Source: a virus
Lineage: Duplodnaviria > Heunggongvirae > Uroviricota > Caudoviricetes
Length of the DNA stretch: 64,000 bases
Virus record (IMG/VR): IMGVR_UViG_3300029746_000001
Strand: one strand, 5' to 3'
Shown in pieces: positions 29,372-38,061 of this stretch (position 1 is the first letter of the stretch; each line of letters starts with the position of its first letter). The translations under genes and the position numbers were made by a program. Under the pieces are notes generated by a model. The model saw only the letters and a program-made list of their open reading frames with translations. It made no database searches and was not told the DNA's origin.

Positions 29372-32300
29372 TTATGCTGGATTAAGATCCATTTGAGAAT
29401 AAGCGTATTTCAAAGTACCATTTTCATCACCACACTCAGCTCCATCTACGATAAAGTTGTAAGAAGCAGGAGATTCATTATATACATTGAAAACACCACC
29501 TTTCTTGGAGATATTTTGTTTTTCATACTGCCTAACAGTAGCGGTCTTATACACTTTGCCTTCGTAAGACACGTTTATAGTTCGTATATACCATGTAGTA
29601 TCTCCATTCTCATCTCCAGAATGAACATATCCTGCCAATATACCACCCCTTACAGCCCCGAAATACGAACAAGAGCTTCCGGATTGTTTTCTCTGGGTTG
29701 TTGTTCCGATGCTTATAGTAGCTCCAGATATCTCACGATAATCAGCATCCACCACCTTAATATCACAGGTGTAGATTCGGATATTTCCATTTTCATCACC
29801 AGTCCATTCGAATCCGGCAATACACTTACCGACGCCAGGATTAGAAGAAACATTATCCCTCCTATATGTAGCCCAAGAGCCGTTTTTCAATGTAATATGC
29901 GCCGGAACAGGTTTAGCCTCTGCCTTTCCTTCTTGGTTGACTGTTATGTTAACAGTCTTCCCAGACTCATTTTGCTTCAATGTCACAGTGCCACTTCTGG
30001 AAGATGAAGAGCTGTTTGCGGATGATATTATTACAAATGAATAATCATAACCTGACAAAGTAGGACAACTTACTCCTGATGGTTTTTCTGTAACTTCTGT
30101 AACCCAACTTGGTTTAGATGATACAGCGTATCCTATCTTACTTCCATTTTTCTTACTTTTTAATTGAATACATAAATATGAGTTATTTGCACCTCCATTT
30201 GCATCGGCATTCCAAGTGTTTTGGTTGGTACTAAATTCGTAAGTAACTGCAACATCTTGTGTGATGCTAAGAGTAACAGTCTTTCCAGATTCATTTTGAA
30301 CAAAAACAATGTCACCAGATCTGGAAGAAGATGTTGTATTGGCAGATAATGTCACCACAGCCTTCATGCTTTCAGACGTCTGGTCTCTGTAATCAACAGA
30401 ACACCAAGAAGGTTTCGATTTAACAGAATATCCTATATATGAATCATTCTTAGTACTTATGATAACTTCTTCAATATCCTGAGATTCTCCAGTTACAGAC
30501 CTTGACTTGCTCGTTCTTCCATCATGGAACTGAAATTTATATGGTGCATATCCGCAACTTCCAATAACATACTCTTCTTTAGTATCAGAATTTCCGCAAT
30601 CATCGTAACGAATAAACTTAGTTTTGGTTCCATTACATCCATTTTCTTGCCAAGAACCGTAAGATCCGCAATTACAGCAATTTCTACAACTTACAGAATA
30701 TTGACGATCTACGCTACCAGAGCAACTATCACGATAAGCATTGTACTGAGTATGACCTACGCAGTCTCCTGTTCCATAGTAAGACCAGTCAGTACAAGAC
30801 TCTCCACCTCCATTAACCCATCTTGTGTCGTTATAAGAAGAAGAGCATGGATTGGTGTCACGTTGTTGCTTCTGAGACGTACACCCGTCACAACGGGTGC
30901 TTCCGGTATCCGACCAAGAAGGTGTTGTGCTATCAGGCAAGCAATCAGCATTCTTATTAGCTACTGCCTGACCTTGGGAATTTACAGCATCTTGAGCCTT
31001 CTTATTGGCATCAGCTTGACTGATATTGGACGTAAATGGACCACCTACTTGATCTTGGGTTACGGTAACAGACGAACCATGCTGGCAGCTTCCGCAATTG
31101 TCTTTTGTGAATACCTTACTTGCCTTACCGGTCCAGGTACAAGTTCCCTGCGCGTCAGCAAGAGCCTGTCCCTGCTGTTCGACGGCAGCCTGAGCCTTGC
31201 TATTTGCGTCTTCTTGACTTACGGTAGACGTAAAAGGACCGCCGGTTACATCATCTTGGTCTATGGTAACCTTAGATCCGACACCTCCATCAGCACACTG
31301 TTTTGTAAATTGCTTGCTATATGTTCCGGTCCAGGTACATACCTTATCTCCACCTTCTACCCAGCGTTCATCTGCTCCACCATAACATTCGTTGGTATTG
31401 ACTTGCTTCTTATAAGATTTGCCTCCTTCACATTTGGTTTCAAGTGGTTCAGAATCTACCCATACAGGATCGGTGTTGTCCATTTCGCATGTCCCGTTCT
31501 TGTTAACATAAGCCTGACCTTGGGCTTCTACGGCTTCCTGAGCCAGCCTATTTGCCTCTTCCTGACTTTCATTGGAATAGAACGGTCCGCCTACCATATC
31601 TTGTGTTACACTCATCGGAACACCATGATGACATGATCCGCAATTGTCTTTTGTAAACTGCTTGCTATATACGCCTACAAACCTACATTTACCTTTTTGG
31701 TTAGCAATAGCCTGTCCTTGAGCTTTAACAGCTTCCTTGGCCTTATTATCAGCATCCTCTTGACTTACGAAAGAAGTAAAAGGATTGCCTTCAACATCAG
31801 CTTCACTTACCTCTACTTCTGTTCCTGAATCCGGTATTTCACAGTCGTTCTTTTGGAACGTTTCTGAGTAATGACCGGTCCAGCTACAAACTTTGTTCCC
31901 ACCATCTACCCAACGTTCTTGATTGTGGGTTTCAGAACATTCGTTGGTATCATGTTGCTTTTTCTGAGACTTACCTTCATTACATCTAAGTTCTTCCGGA
32001 ACAACGTCTTCCCATACAGGATCGGTGCTAAGTGGCGTACAGTTGCCGTTTTTATTAACATAGACCTGGCCTCCTTCTTCTACGATCCTACGAGCTTCTG
32101 CGTCTGCCGCATCCTGGCTTTCTGTAGACGTAACAGGACTACCATTAACCATTTCGGCCGTAACCTCCATTTCTACACCCTTATGGCAAGCTTCACATTC
32201 AGGAACGAATCTCTTGCTGTAATGACCGGTATAGACCGTCATATTCTCACAATTACCCTTACTGTTAGCAATAGCCTGTCCTTGTTCTTTGACAGCAGCT

Positions 32301-33883
32301 TTAGCCTTGTTATTAGCATCATCTTGACTCACGGTAGATGTGAAAGGAGCACCAACAACATCTTGTTCGGTTACAGTAATCTTAGACCCTACCTGACCTT
32401 CATTACAATCGTTTTTGGTAAATTCTTCACTGTATTTACCAGTCCACGTACAATGGCCGTCCCGGTTGGCTATGGCCTGGCCCTGCTGCTCGACGGCAGC
32501 CTGAGCGAGCGCGTTAGCCGCCTCCTGGCTTTCGTATGAAGTAAAAGGACCACCGGTTACATCATCTTGGTCTACTGTTACCTGCGAACCTACGCCTTCT
32601 CCGTCGCAATTGTCTTTTGTGAATACCTTGCTATATACACCAACAAATTGGTTTTTATCTATGCAAGTGCCTTTCTTATTTGCAAGATCCTGTTTCTGTT
32701 CTTCCATAGCAGCCTGAGCGAGCGCGTTAGCCGCCTCCTGGCTTTCCCTTGATACAAAAGCATCCGGGTATCCAGCAAGATCCTTTTCAGTTAAATCGAC
32801 AAAGCTTCCGGTCTGAGATTCAGCATCGCAATCATTTTTCTGAACACGAGCCGAAGCCTTTCCGACGAAATAATTTGGATCAGTAACGCATTCTCCATTC
32901 AGGTTTGCCTGATCCTGACCATTTTTCTCTATATCATCAAGAGCTTTCTGATCAGCATCTTCTTGACTTACGTCTGATGTGTATTTACCGGCTTCTACCG
33001 TGTAAGTGTAAGGTGCTCCGATAAACCCATCTTCGCAGTCATTCTTATAAAATACTTTCGACTTCTCTACGTTATACCATAAATTGGTTTCACAGGTGCC
33101 ATGCTCATTAGCATACCCTGGACCTTCAGCTTCCAAGGCTTCCAAAGCCTTCTGATTAGCATCTTCCTTAGAAACAGAAGAAGAGAAACGGCCGGCTTCT
33201 ACAACGTACTCTACCATAGATCCAACTTCAGTTACCTCACAATCTGTCTTTTGGAACATTTTGGATTTCCTGTCGTTGTACCATTTTATGGTATTGCAAG
33301 TGCCATGAGAATTAGCATAGTCTTGACCTTTGGCATTCAACTCGGCTTCAGCCTTACGGTCAGCATCCTCTTGGCTTATGGAAGAAGAGAACTGCCCGGC
33401 TTCGATCGTCATCGTAACCAAACTTCCTTCTTCGGTATCAGGATCGCAGTCGTTCTTTCTAAACGACTTTGATTTCTTGACATTGTACCATAATATGGTT
33501 ATACAACGACCATGCTCATTAACCCAGTTCTGACCATTTTGCTCAATGTCTCTCATAGCCTTGTCATCAGCATCAGACTGAGATATGATAGACGTGTATT
33601 TTCCGGCCTCAACAACGTACTCAAGCTCTTCCCCTTTCTCTGTCTCAGGATTACATCCTTCTTTTGTGAAAAGAGCCGACTGCCTTTTATTTCTATAAAC
33701 TACCTGTTCTTTTTTTTTATGAACTAACGTACATTCTTCAGATACGCTACCGTCCCTGGAAGACACCCTTATCTTGACACTTCTGTTGGCACCAGTATCA
33801 TTTTCATCAAAGTAAATATTAACCTTACTGTTAAGACCGCCTTCTTTCTTATCTATGTTCGCCCAACAATTATCTACTTTCAT
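29372..33883 (-). CDS. Large Cys-rich repeat protein (DUF5977-like repeats plus BACON-like domains), putative fibre/spike
   Basis: More than ten repeats of FxKxDC...SQEDAxxKA...GQxxANxxGxC, then two SKPSW...RSGxxxxxQNESGKTV BACON-like units. Confidence 0.75.
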   Translation of the reverse strand: MKVDNCWANIDKKEGGLNSKVNIYFDENDTGANRSVKIRVSSRDGSVSEECTLVHKKKEQVVYRNKRQSALFTKEGCNPETEKGEELEYVVEAGKYTSIISQSDADDKAMRDIEQNGQNWVNEHGRCITILWYNVKKSKSFRKNDCDPDTEEGSLVTMTIEAGQFSSSISQEDADRKAEAELNAKGQDYANSHGTCNTIKWYNDRKSKMFQKTDCEVTEVGSMVEYVVEAGRFSSSVSKEDANQKALEALEAEGPGYANEHGTCETNLWYNVEKSKVFYKNDCEDGFIGAPYTYTVEAGKYTSDVSQEDADQKALDDIEKNGQDQANLNGECVTDPNYFVGKASARVQKNDCDAESQTGSFVDLTEKDLAGYPDAFVSRESQEAANALAQAAMEEQKQDLANKKGTCIDKNQFVGVYSKVFTKDNCDGEGVGSQVTVDQDDVTGGPFTSYESQEAANALAQAAVEQQGQAIANRDGHCTWTGKYSEEFTKNDCNEGQVGSKITVTEQDVVGAPFTSTVSQDDANNKAKAAVKEQGQAIANSKGNCENMTVYTGHYSKRFVPECEACHKGVEMEVTAEMVNGSPVTSTESQDAADAEARRIVEEGGQVYVNKNGNCTPLSTDPVWEDVVPEELRCNEGKSQKKQHDTNECSETHNQERWVDGGNKVCSWTGHYSETFQKNDCEIPDSGTEVEVSEADVEGNPFTSFVSQEDADNKAKEAVKAQGQAIANQKGKCRFVGVYSKQFTKDNCGSCHHGVPMSVTQDMVGGPFYSNESQEEANRLAQEAVEAQGQAYVNKNGTCEMDNTDPVWVDSEPLETKCEGGKSYKKQVNTNECYGGADERWVEGGDKVCTWTGTYSKQFTKQCADGGVGSKVTIDQDDVTGGPFTSTVSQEDANSKAQAAVEQQGQALADAQGTCTWTGKASKVFTKDNCGSCQHGSSVTVTQDQVGGPFTSNISQADANKKAQDAVNSQGQAVANKNADCLPDSTTPSWSDTGSTRCDGCTSQKQQRDTNPCSSSYNDTRWVNGGGESCTDWSYYGTGDCVGHTQYNAYRDSCSGSVDRQYSVSCRNCCNCGSYGSWQENGCNGTKTKFIRYDDCGNSDTKEEYVIGSCGYAPYKFQFHDGRTSKSRSVTGESQDIEEVIISTKNDSYIGYSVKSKPSWCSVDYRDQTSESMKAVVTLSANTTSSSRSGDIVFVQNESGKTVTLSITQDVAVTYEFSTNQNTWNADANGGANNSYLCIQLKSKKNGSKIGYAVSSKPSWVTEVTEKPSGVSCPTLSGYDYSFVIISSANSSSSSRSGTVTLKQNESGKTVNITVNQEGKAEAKPVPAHITLKNGSWATYRRDNVSSNPGVGKCIAGFEWTGDENGNIRIYTCDIKVVDADYREISGATISIGTTTQRKQSGSSCSYFGAVRGGILAGYVHSGDENGDTTWYIRTINVSYEGKVYKTATVRQYEKQNISKKGGVFNVYNESPASYNFIVDGAECGDENGTLKYAYSQMDLNPA

Positions 33884-34649
33884 TCCTAATCCTCCATCTT
33901 AAATTTTCAGGATTTGTACTTACGTTGATTACCTCCGATGATCCATCTGAATCAAGATCAACAACATCCTTGTCCAGGTGAATCTCCTCCTTATCCACAG
34001 ACTCGCATTCAACTATTTCAATAACATAATCTTTTATATTACTTTCTATACTTAACTGCGTGCTTGTTTCATCACCCTCAACCTGTTCAAATTCCTTATC
34101 CAATTTAATGTAAGGAACGACCTTTCCAGGCTGATAAATAGGAATCAGTACACCATTTATAGTTATGTTCTCATTAACTTCATTCCCATCCTCATTGCCA
34201 GGCATGGAAACAATCATCGAAACCTGGAACGTGTCTTCAAGACCCGGATCACCAGGGAAACCATAATCAAGCCTAATATCATTGACGTCAATATTAAGAC
34301 CGGAAGCGGTGGTAAATGCTTTTATGACACCCTTTATATCTTTCTCACCCGTAATAAGGGCATTGATAGAAGCGGCGTTGGTAGTAATAAGGACCTGCTT
34401 ATCTCCACCAGATATAGGGAACTCCAGCCTACTAACCGACACTTCTGTGATCTTAATACCTTTTTGCTTGAAAGTAATGGCTTTCATGCTTTCGGTATCG
34501 GACTTCTTCACAATTCGGATAGTGATCCTGTCTTCCCTCCCTTTCCAAGATGGAGCATCGAAATTCATTTTATCACGACCGACACCTTCCTTCTTGTCCG
34601 AGGTAAGCCAAGAACCATCATCCATCTTATATATTTTCTCTCTCGACAT
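33870..34649 (-). CDS. Structural protein with BACON/Ig-like segments
   Basis: LEFPISGGDKQVLITTN and related beta-rich repeats. Confidence 0.55.
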   Translation of the reverse strand: MSREKIYKMDDGSWLTSDKKEGVGRDKMNFDAPSWKGREDRITIRIVKKSDTESMKAITFKQKGIKITEVSVSRLEFPISGGDKQVLITTNAASINALITGEKDIKGVIKAFTTASGLNIDVNDIRLDYGFPGDPGLEDTFQVSMIVSMPGNEDGNEVNENITINGVLIPIYQPGKVVPYIKLDKEFEQVEGDETSTQLSIESNIKDYVIEIVECESVDKEEIHLDKDVVDLDSDGSSEVINVSTNPENLRWRIRNESR

Positions 34650-34665
34650 AATTATCCTCCCTAAT

Positions 34666-35052
34666 TTAAAGTGTCAACTCCCATTCAACTCCATCATCGA
34701 CAACCACCTGAACCGTAGCCGTACCTCCTGTAGCTTCAAATGTTATGTCAGTAGGAATAACGTCGAATATCTCTTGTACACCTACACATCCTAAGCCGCA
34801 GATAATGTCCTTAAACCATTCCTCTTTAGCATATTTTTTAAGAACCTCTTTAAAGAACTCACGAAGCCAATCCGAATCAATGGATTCCTTAAGTATGGTT
34901 TCTATTATTTCCTTAAGCCAAGATTCGTGCATTTCCTCTTTCAGAATCTCTTTAATAAGCTCGATAATGGTTTCTTTATCTAACTTATCAGAAGGCACAG
35001 AGCCATCAACGAGATTACCCCCACATATAAATCCTTTGCATTTTTCTGCCAT
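34666..35052 (-). CDS. Hypothetical structural protein
   Basis: Helical WLKE repeats and a C-terminal ITFEATGGTATVQV. Confidence 0.55.
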   Translation of the reverse strand: MAEKCKGFICGGNLVDGSVPSDKLDKETIIELIKEILKEEMHESWLKEIIETILKESIDSDWLREFFKEVLKKYAKEEWFKDIICGLGCVGVQEIFDVIPTDITFEATGGTATVQVVVDDGVEWELTL

Positions 35053-35068
35053 TTCTCATCCTCCTAAA

Positions 35069-35491
35069 TTAACAATGGAACCCATAAGAACTATTTGCCT
35101 CTTCTCGGTACACGACCCTCACTTCAGCAAATTCATCTTGTTGACACATATCCCGGCAGAACCTAACAGTACGGCCCTGGACTTTATACATATCAGAAGG
35201 CACGACACCTCCGCAATAAGACACAAGCAAAATCTCTGCCGGATCTTTCTTTAGAACCACATGAGAAGTACCGTCAAACACTTCTGTATTGACAGATCCA
35301 CTTACGTTAATACCCCTTGAAACGTATTTGGCTAAATTAGCCAAAGCCCTGTCTAAAGGCATACCATGATACAAACCAGCTTCTTCTATAGTTTCTCCAT
35401 CATAGAATATGTTAGAAGAAGGAATATTGCAATGATGCGGGCGTTCGCACCCACCATGACTGCCAAAACAACCGTTACCTGTTATTGCCAT
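35069..35491 (-). CDS. Cys-rich hypothetical protein
   Basis: 140-aa ORF in the operon. Confidence 0.55.
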   Translation of the reverse strand: MAITGNGCFGSHGGCERPHHCNIPSSNIFYDGETIEEAGLYHGMPLDRALANLAKYVSRGINVSGSVNTEVFDGTSHVVLKKDPAEILLVSYCGGVVPSDMYKVQGRTVRFCRDMCQQDEFAEVRVVYREEANSSYGFHC

Positions 35492-35753
35492 TGTTACTCA
35501 AAATATTTATTTTTTGTTTTAAAAATTCTATTTCCCTATCCTGGTATTCCATACGGCATATCATTGCATTGATTAAAGCCGTAAGATCAGATTTCTGAGC
35601 CAGACTGAAGTAGCCAGCGTTGATGCCGTCAGCGCAGTACACGCAGTTCGTGCAGGTGTATCCGTCCGGGCATGGCACCGGCGTCTCGTCCACATGTGGA
35701 ACATATACGTGTTTGCCACTTAAAGCCTCACCAATTTGTGCACTCTTTTCCAT
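35475..35753 (-). CDS. Cys-rich hypothetical protein with coiled-coil end
   Basis: CPDGYTCTNCVYC followed by a heptad-like C-terminus. Confidence 0.55.
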   Translation of the reverse strand: MEKSAQIGEALSGKHVYVPHVDETPVPCPDGYTCTNCVYCADGINAGYFSLAQKSDLTALINAMICRMEYQDREIEFLKQKINILSNNGNNR

Positions 35754-36081
35754 TTTGAAGTTGTTTTTCAAGTTTTTCAACCCTTTGTTTTAAAAGCGTA
35801 TTTTCTTCAACCATCCTATCCAAAAACTTATCTATGTTTTCAAAAACCAGTTCTATATTATGCATAACCTCATTATAAGGCATACCTGGAGTTAATTTGG
35901 ATATGAATGTCTTGCATCCTGTATAATGAATGCAATGATCGCTTAAATGACCATACGGGCAATCGCATTCTTTTGGAAGAATTTCGCAATTGTCCGTACA
36001 GTCATTACACGGATCAGACCCGATACAGATATTAGATCTCAGAATATCAGGTCTGTCATCTTTACAAGTGTTACAATTCAT
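35728..36081 (-). CDS. Cys-rich hypothetical protein with coiled-coil end
   Basis: Likely start MNCNTC; CDCPYGHLSDHCIHYTG. Confidence 0.55.
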   Translation of the reverse strand: MNCNTCKDDRPDILRSNICIGSDPCNDCTDNCEILPKECDCPYGHLSDHCIHYTGCKTFISKLTPGMPYNEVMHNIELVFENIDKFLDRMVEENTLLKQRVEKLEKQLQNGKECTNW

Positions 36082-36140
36082 GACTTTCTTTTTTTTTGGT
36101 GCAAGATAATAATTTTCATTCACACCATCACAATAAGAAG

Positions 36141-37559
36141 TCAATCAATGTATTCCAAGCGGTTAGTGCTGCCTTTAAAAACGTATCCGCATCTGTTTTC
36201 TATCTCTACATCGGTAATAGGGAGAATAGCATCTTTGCTATAAGTAAGTTCGCATTTTGAAATAAAATTTACTATACCTTGATAATTACCATGAAATTCC
36301 CTTGCGAGTTTCCTACCGGTAGGAATCCCTTCTTTATTGGTTTCAGGAATACCTATCAAGCACTTTATCCAGTTTGGTTCATTCTTGTTGTTGCTTCGTA
36401 TTTCATAGTTCACGATATCAAATACAATACCTTCAAGGTTCTTGACATCGATGTTGTCCGCATCCATTTTCTTATCAATACGAATCGTGCTTGTTAAATC
36501 TCGTAATTTCATGATATTTTCTATTTTTGACATTAATGAATAACTGTCACAGTGTTTTAAAAGACCGAAGTAAGAAGACCAGCTTTCATTTGTAATACAC
36601 TTCTTCGCGTCTTTGGCTACCCTCTTCCTTATTGTCACATAACCTTTATTGTGTCCAGATACGCCTTTGTTATTACGGTGGAAAACATACCCGCAAAAAT
36701 CAAGAGGTCTATCCATGTCTGTTATAATACAAGTATGCCTTTTAGATCTTATCTTAAGCTCATACCACCAATAATTCTTAATCCTCCATTTGGCAGTATT
36801 AGCATCCTCCTTAGTATAGAAAGCAAGGAAATTATCGTCGGCATATCTCAATGAAAAAGGAGCTATTCTCTTTGCGAGATCATCAAAATCTTTCATAAGG
36901 AGATGATGAATGAAAGGGCTTGTAGGGGTTCCTATAGGTAACTCTCCAGATACGAAACTTACGTCTATTACAAAATCTATAAACTTTTTATTTGAAATAA
37001 AGTTCTTAAGTACTTTTCTAAATACTTTGTCTTTTACATGGTTATAACATTTACGTTGATCTATAACCAGGCAATACTTCAAATCAAGTCTATCATAATA
37101 AACATGCTTTATCTTTTTAATAAGAGACCTTGATTTAGACGATGCTGTTATGCCAAATCCCGGCTTACAATTAAGACCATTCATATTATCCTTCTCATAA
37201 TACAAAGGACCTAACTTTACTAAAACAAGATGCTGATAGATTCTGGTGGTAAGATCCGGGCTGTTTATTTCACGAACCTTACCATTCTTGTTTTCTTTTA
37301 CAAGTTTGCGATATTTGATTTTGCTAACATAAGTACCATCTAAATACCATTCATACAATTTTAACGAATTACCATCAAAATCAGAATTGAAATTAACAAC
37401 ATCATTCTTTTTAGAATGGTTTTTAAATGCCGCTTCGCATGCTTCTCTAATATCATCCAAACTTACATCTATATAGTTTGAAACTGATTTCAGTTGTGGG
37501 CTAATGACGGGCTTACGACCGTCGCGCATCTCTATCATATTTTTATCATATAACCTCAT
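36141..37559 (-). CDS. DGR reverse transcriptase with C-terminal extension
   Basis: GKVREI, RIYQH, IDQRKCY, LPIGTPTSP, LRYADD and LDFCGY motifs. Lies directly downstream of the template repeat. Confidence 0.93.
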   Translation of the reverse strand: MRLYDKNMIEMRDGRKPVISPQLKSVSNYIDVSLDDIREACEAAFKNHSKKNDVVNFNSDFDGNSLKLYEWYLDGTYVSKIKYRKLVKENKNGKVREINSPDLTTRIYQHLVLVKLGPLYYEKDNMNGLNCKPGFGITASSKSRSLIKKIKHVYYDRLDLKYCLVIDQRKCYNHVKDKVFRKVLKNFISNKKFIDFVIDVSFVSGELPIGTPTSPFIHHLLMKDFDDLAKRIAPFSLRYADDNFLAFYTKEDANTAKWRIKNYWWYELKIRSKRHTCIITDMDRPLDFCGYVFHRNNKGVSGHNKGYVTIRKRVAKDAKKCITNESWSSYFGLLKHCDSYSLMSKIENIMKLRDLTSTIRIDKKMDADNIDVKNLEGIVFDIVNYEIRSNNKNEPNWIKCLIGIPETNKEGIPTGRKLAREFHGNYQGIVNFISKCELTYSKDAILPITDVEIENRCGYVFKGSTNRLEYID

Positions 37560-37632
37560 ACGCTTGTCTTTTATTGATTATCCACTCCTGGGAAAGATTA
37601 AAAAGAATATACCCAATTTTTTAGCCCACACA

Positions 37633-37742
37633 GGGCAAGGCCGCAATTGTTGCGATTCGTATTAGAAGTGGCGTTATTCGCATTCAGATTACGAGGCGAG
37701 CAATTGCCATTGTTCGCATTACCGCCGAAACGAGCAGCCAAT
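37633..37742 (-). repeat. DGR template repeat (TR)
   Basis: 110-nt non-coding copy of 38097-38206, rich in AAY codons (conceptually LAARFGGNANNGNCSPRNLNANNATSNTNRNNCGLA). Confidence 0.95.
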
Positions 37743-37884
37743 TCTTTTTAACCTTTTTCTCAACCGTTATTTGCTATTTCAGAGGTCAGATCCCAATGTA
37801 AGACTTGTTAGCAGACTAACGGATTTCATTGAATAAATTTTTATTGTTTATAATGTTAACTATCTCTGTTGTCTAATGACATTG

Positions 37885-37916
37885 CAAATGTATGTATAAT
37901 ATTTTATAGCTACAAA
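37885..37916 (-). promoter_or_regulatory. Promoter for the TR-RT transcript
   Basis: TTTG (37913-37916), 20-nt spacer, TACATTTG (37885-37892). Confidence 0.65.
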
Positions 37917-37969
37917 ACAATTTGTATTAAATATTTTAAATTTTTGTTTTGTAGCTATAAAATATTATA
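37895..37969. repeat. Perfect 26-bp inverted repeat with 23-bp spacer
   Basis: tataatattttatagctacaaaacaa (37895-37920) / ttgttttgtagctataaaatattata (37944-37969). Confidence 0.9.
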
Positions 37970-38061
37970 TTAACAAGATACGGCTGCGCCGTGATATAGT
38001 ATATAAGGCTGCGCCTTATCGCTGCGCTTATGATGGCTGCGCCATCAATGGGTTGCACCCA

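Noticed and set aside
30524..31636. Long plus-strand ORFs (also 29393-30007, 31871-32539, 56922-57629 and others)
   Set aside because: They are antisense shadows of well-supported minus-strand genes, with no recognisable motifs.
36141..37559. Group II intron or retron RT
   Set aside because: Despite YADD and SP, the adjacent TR/VR pair with adenine-specific differences identifies it as a DGR RT.
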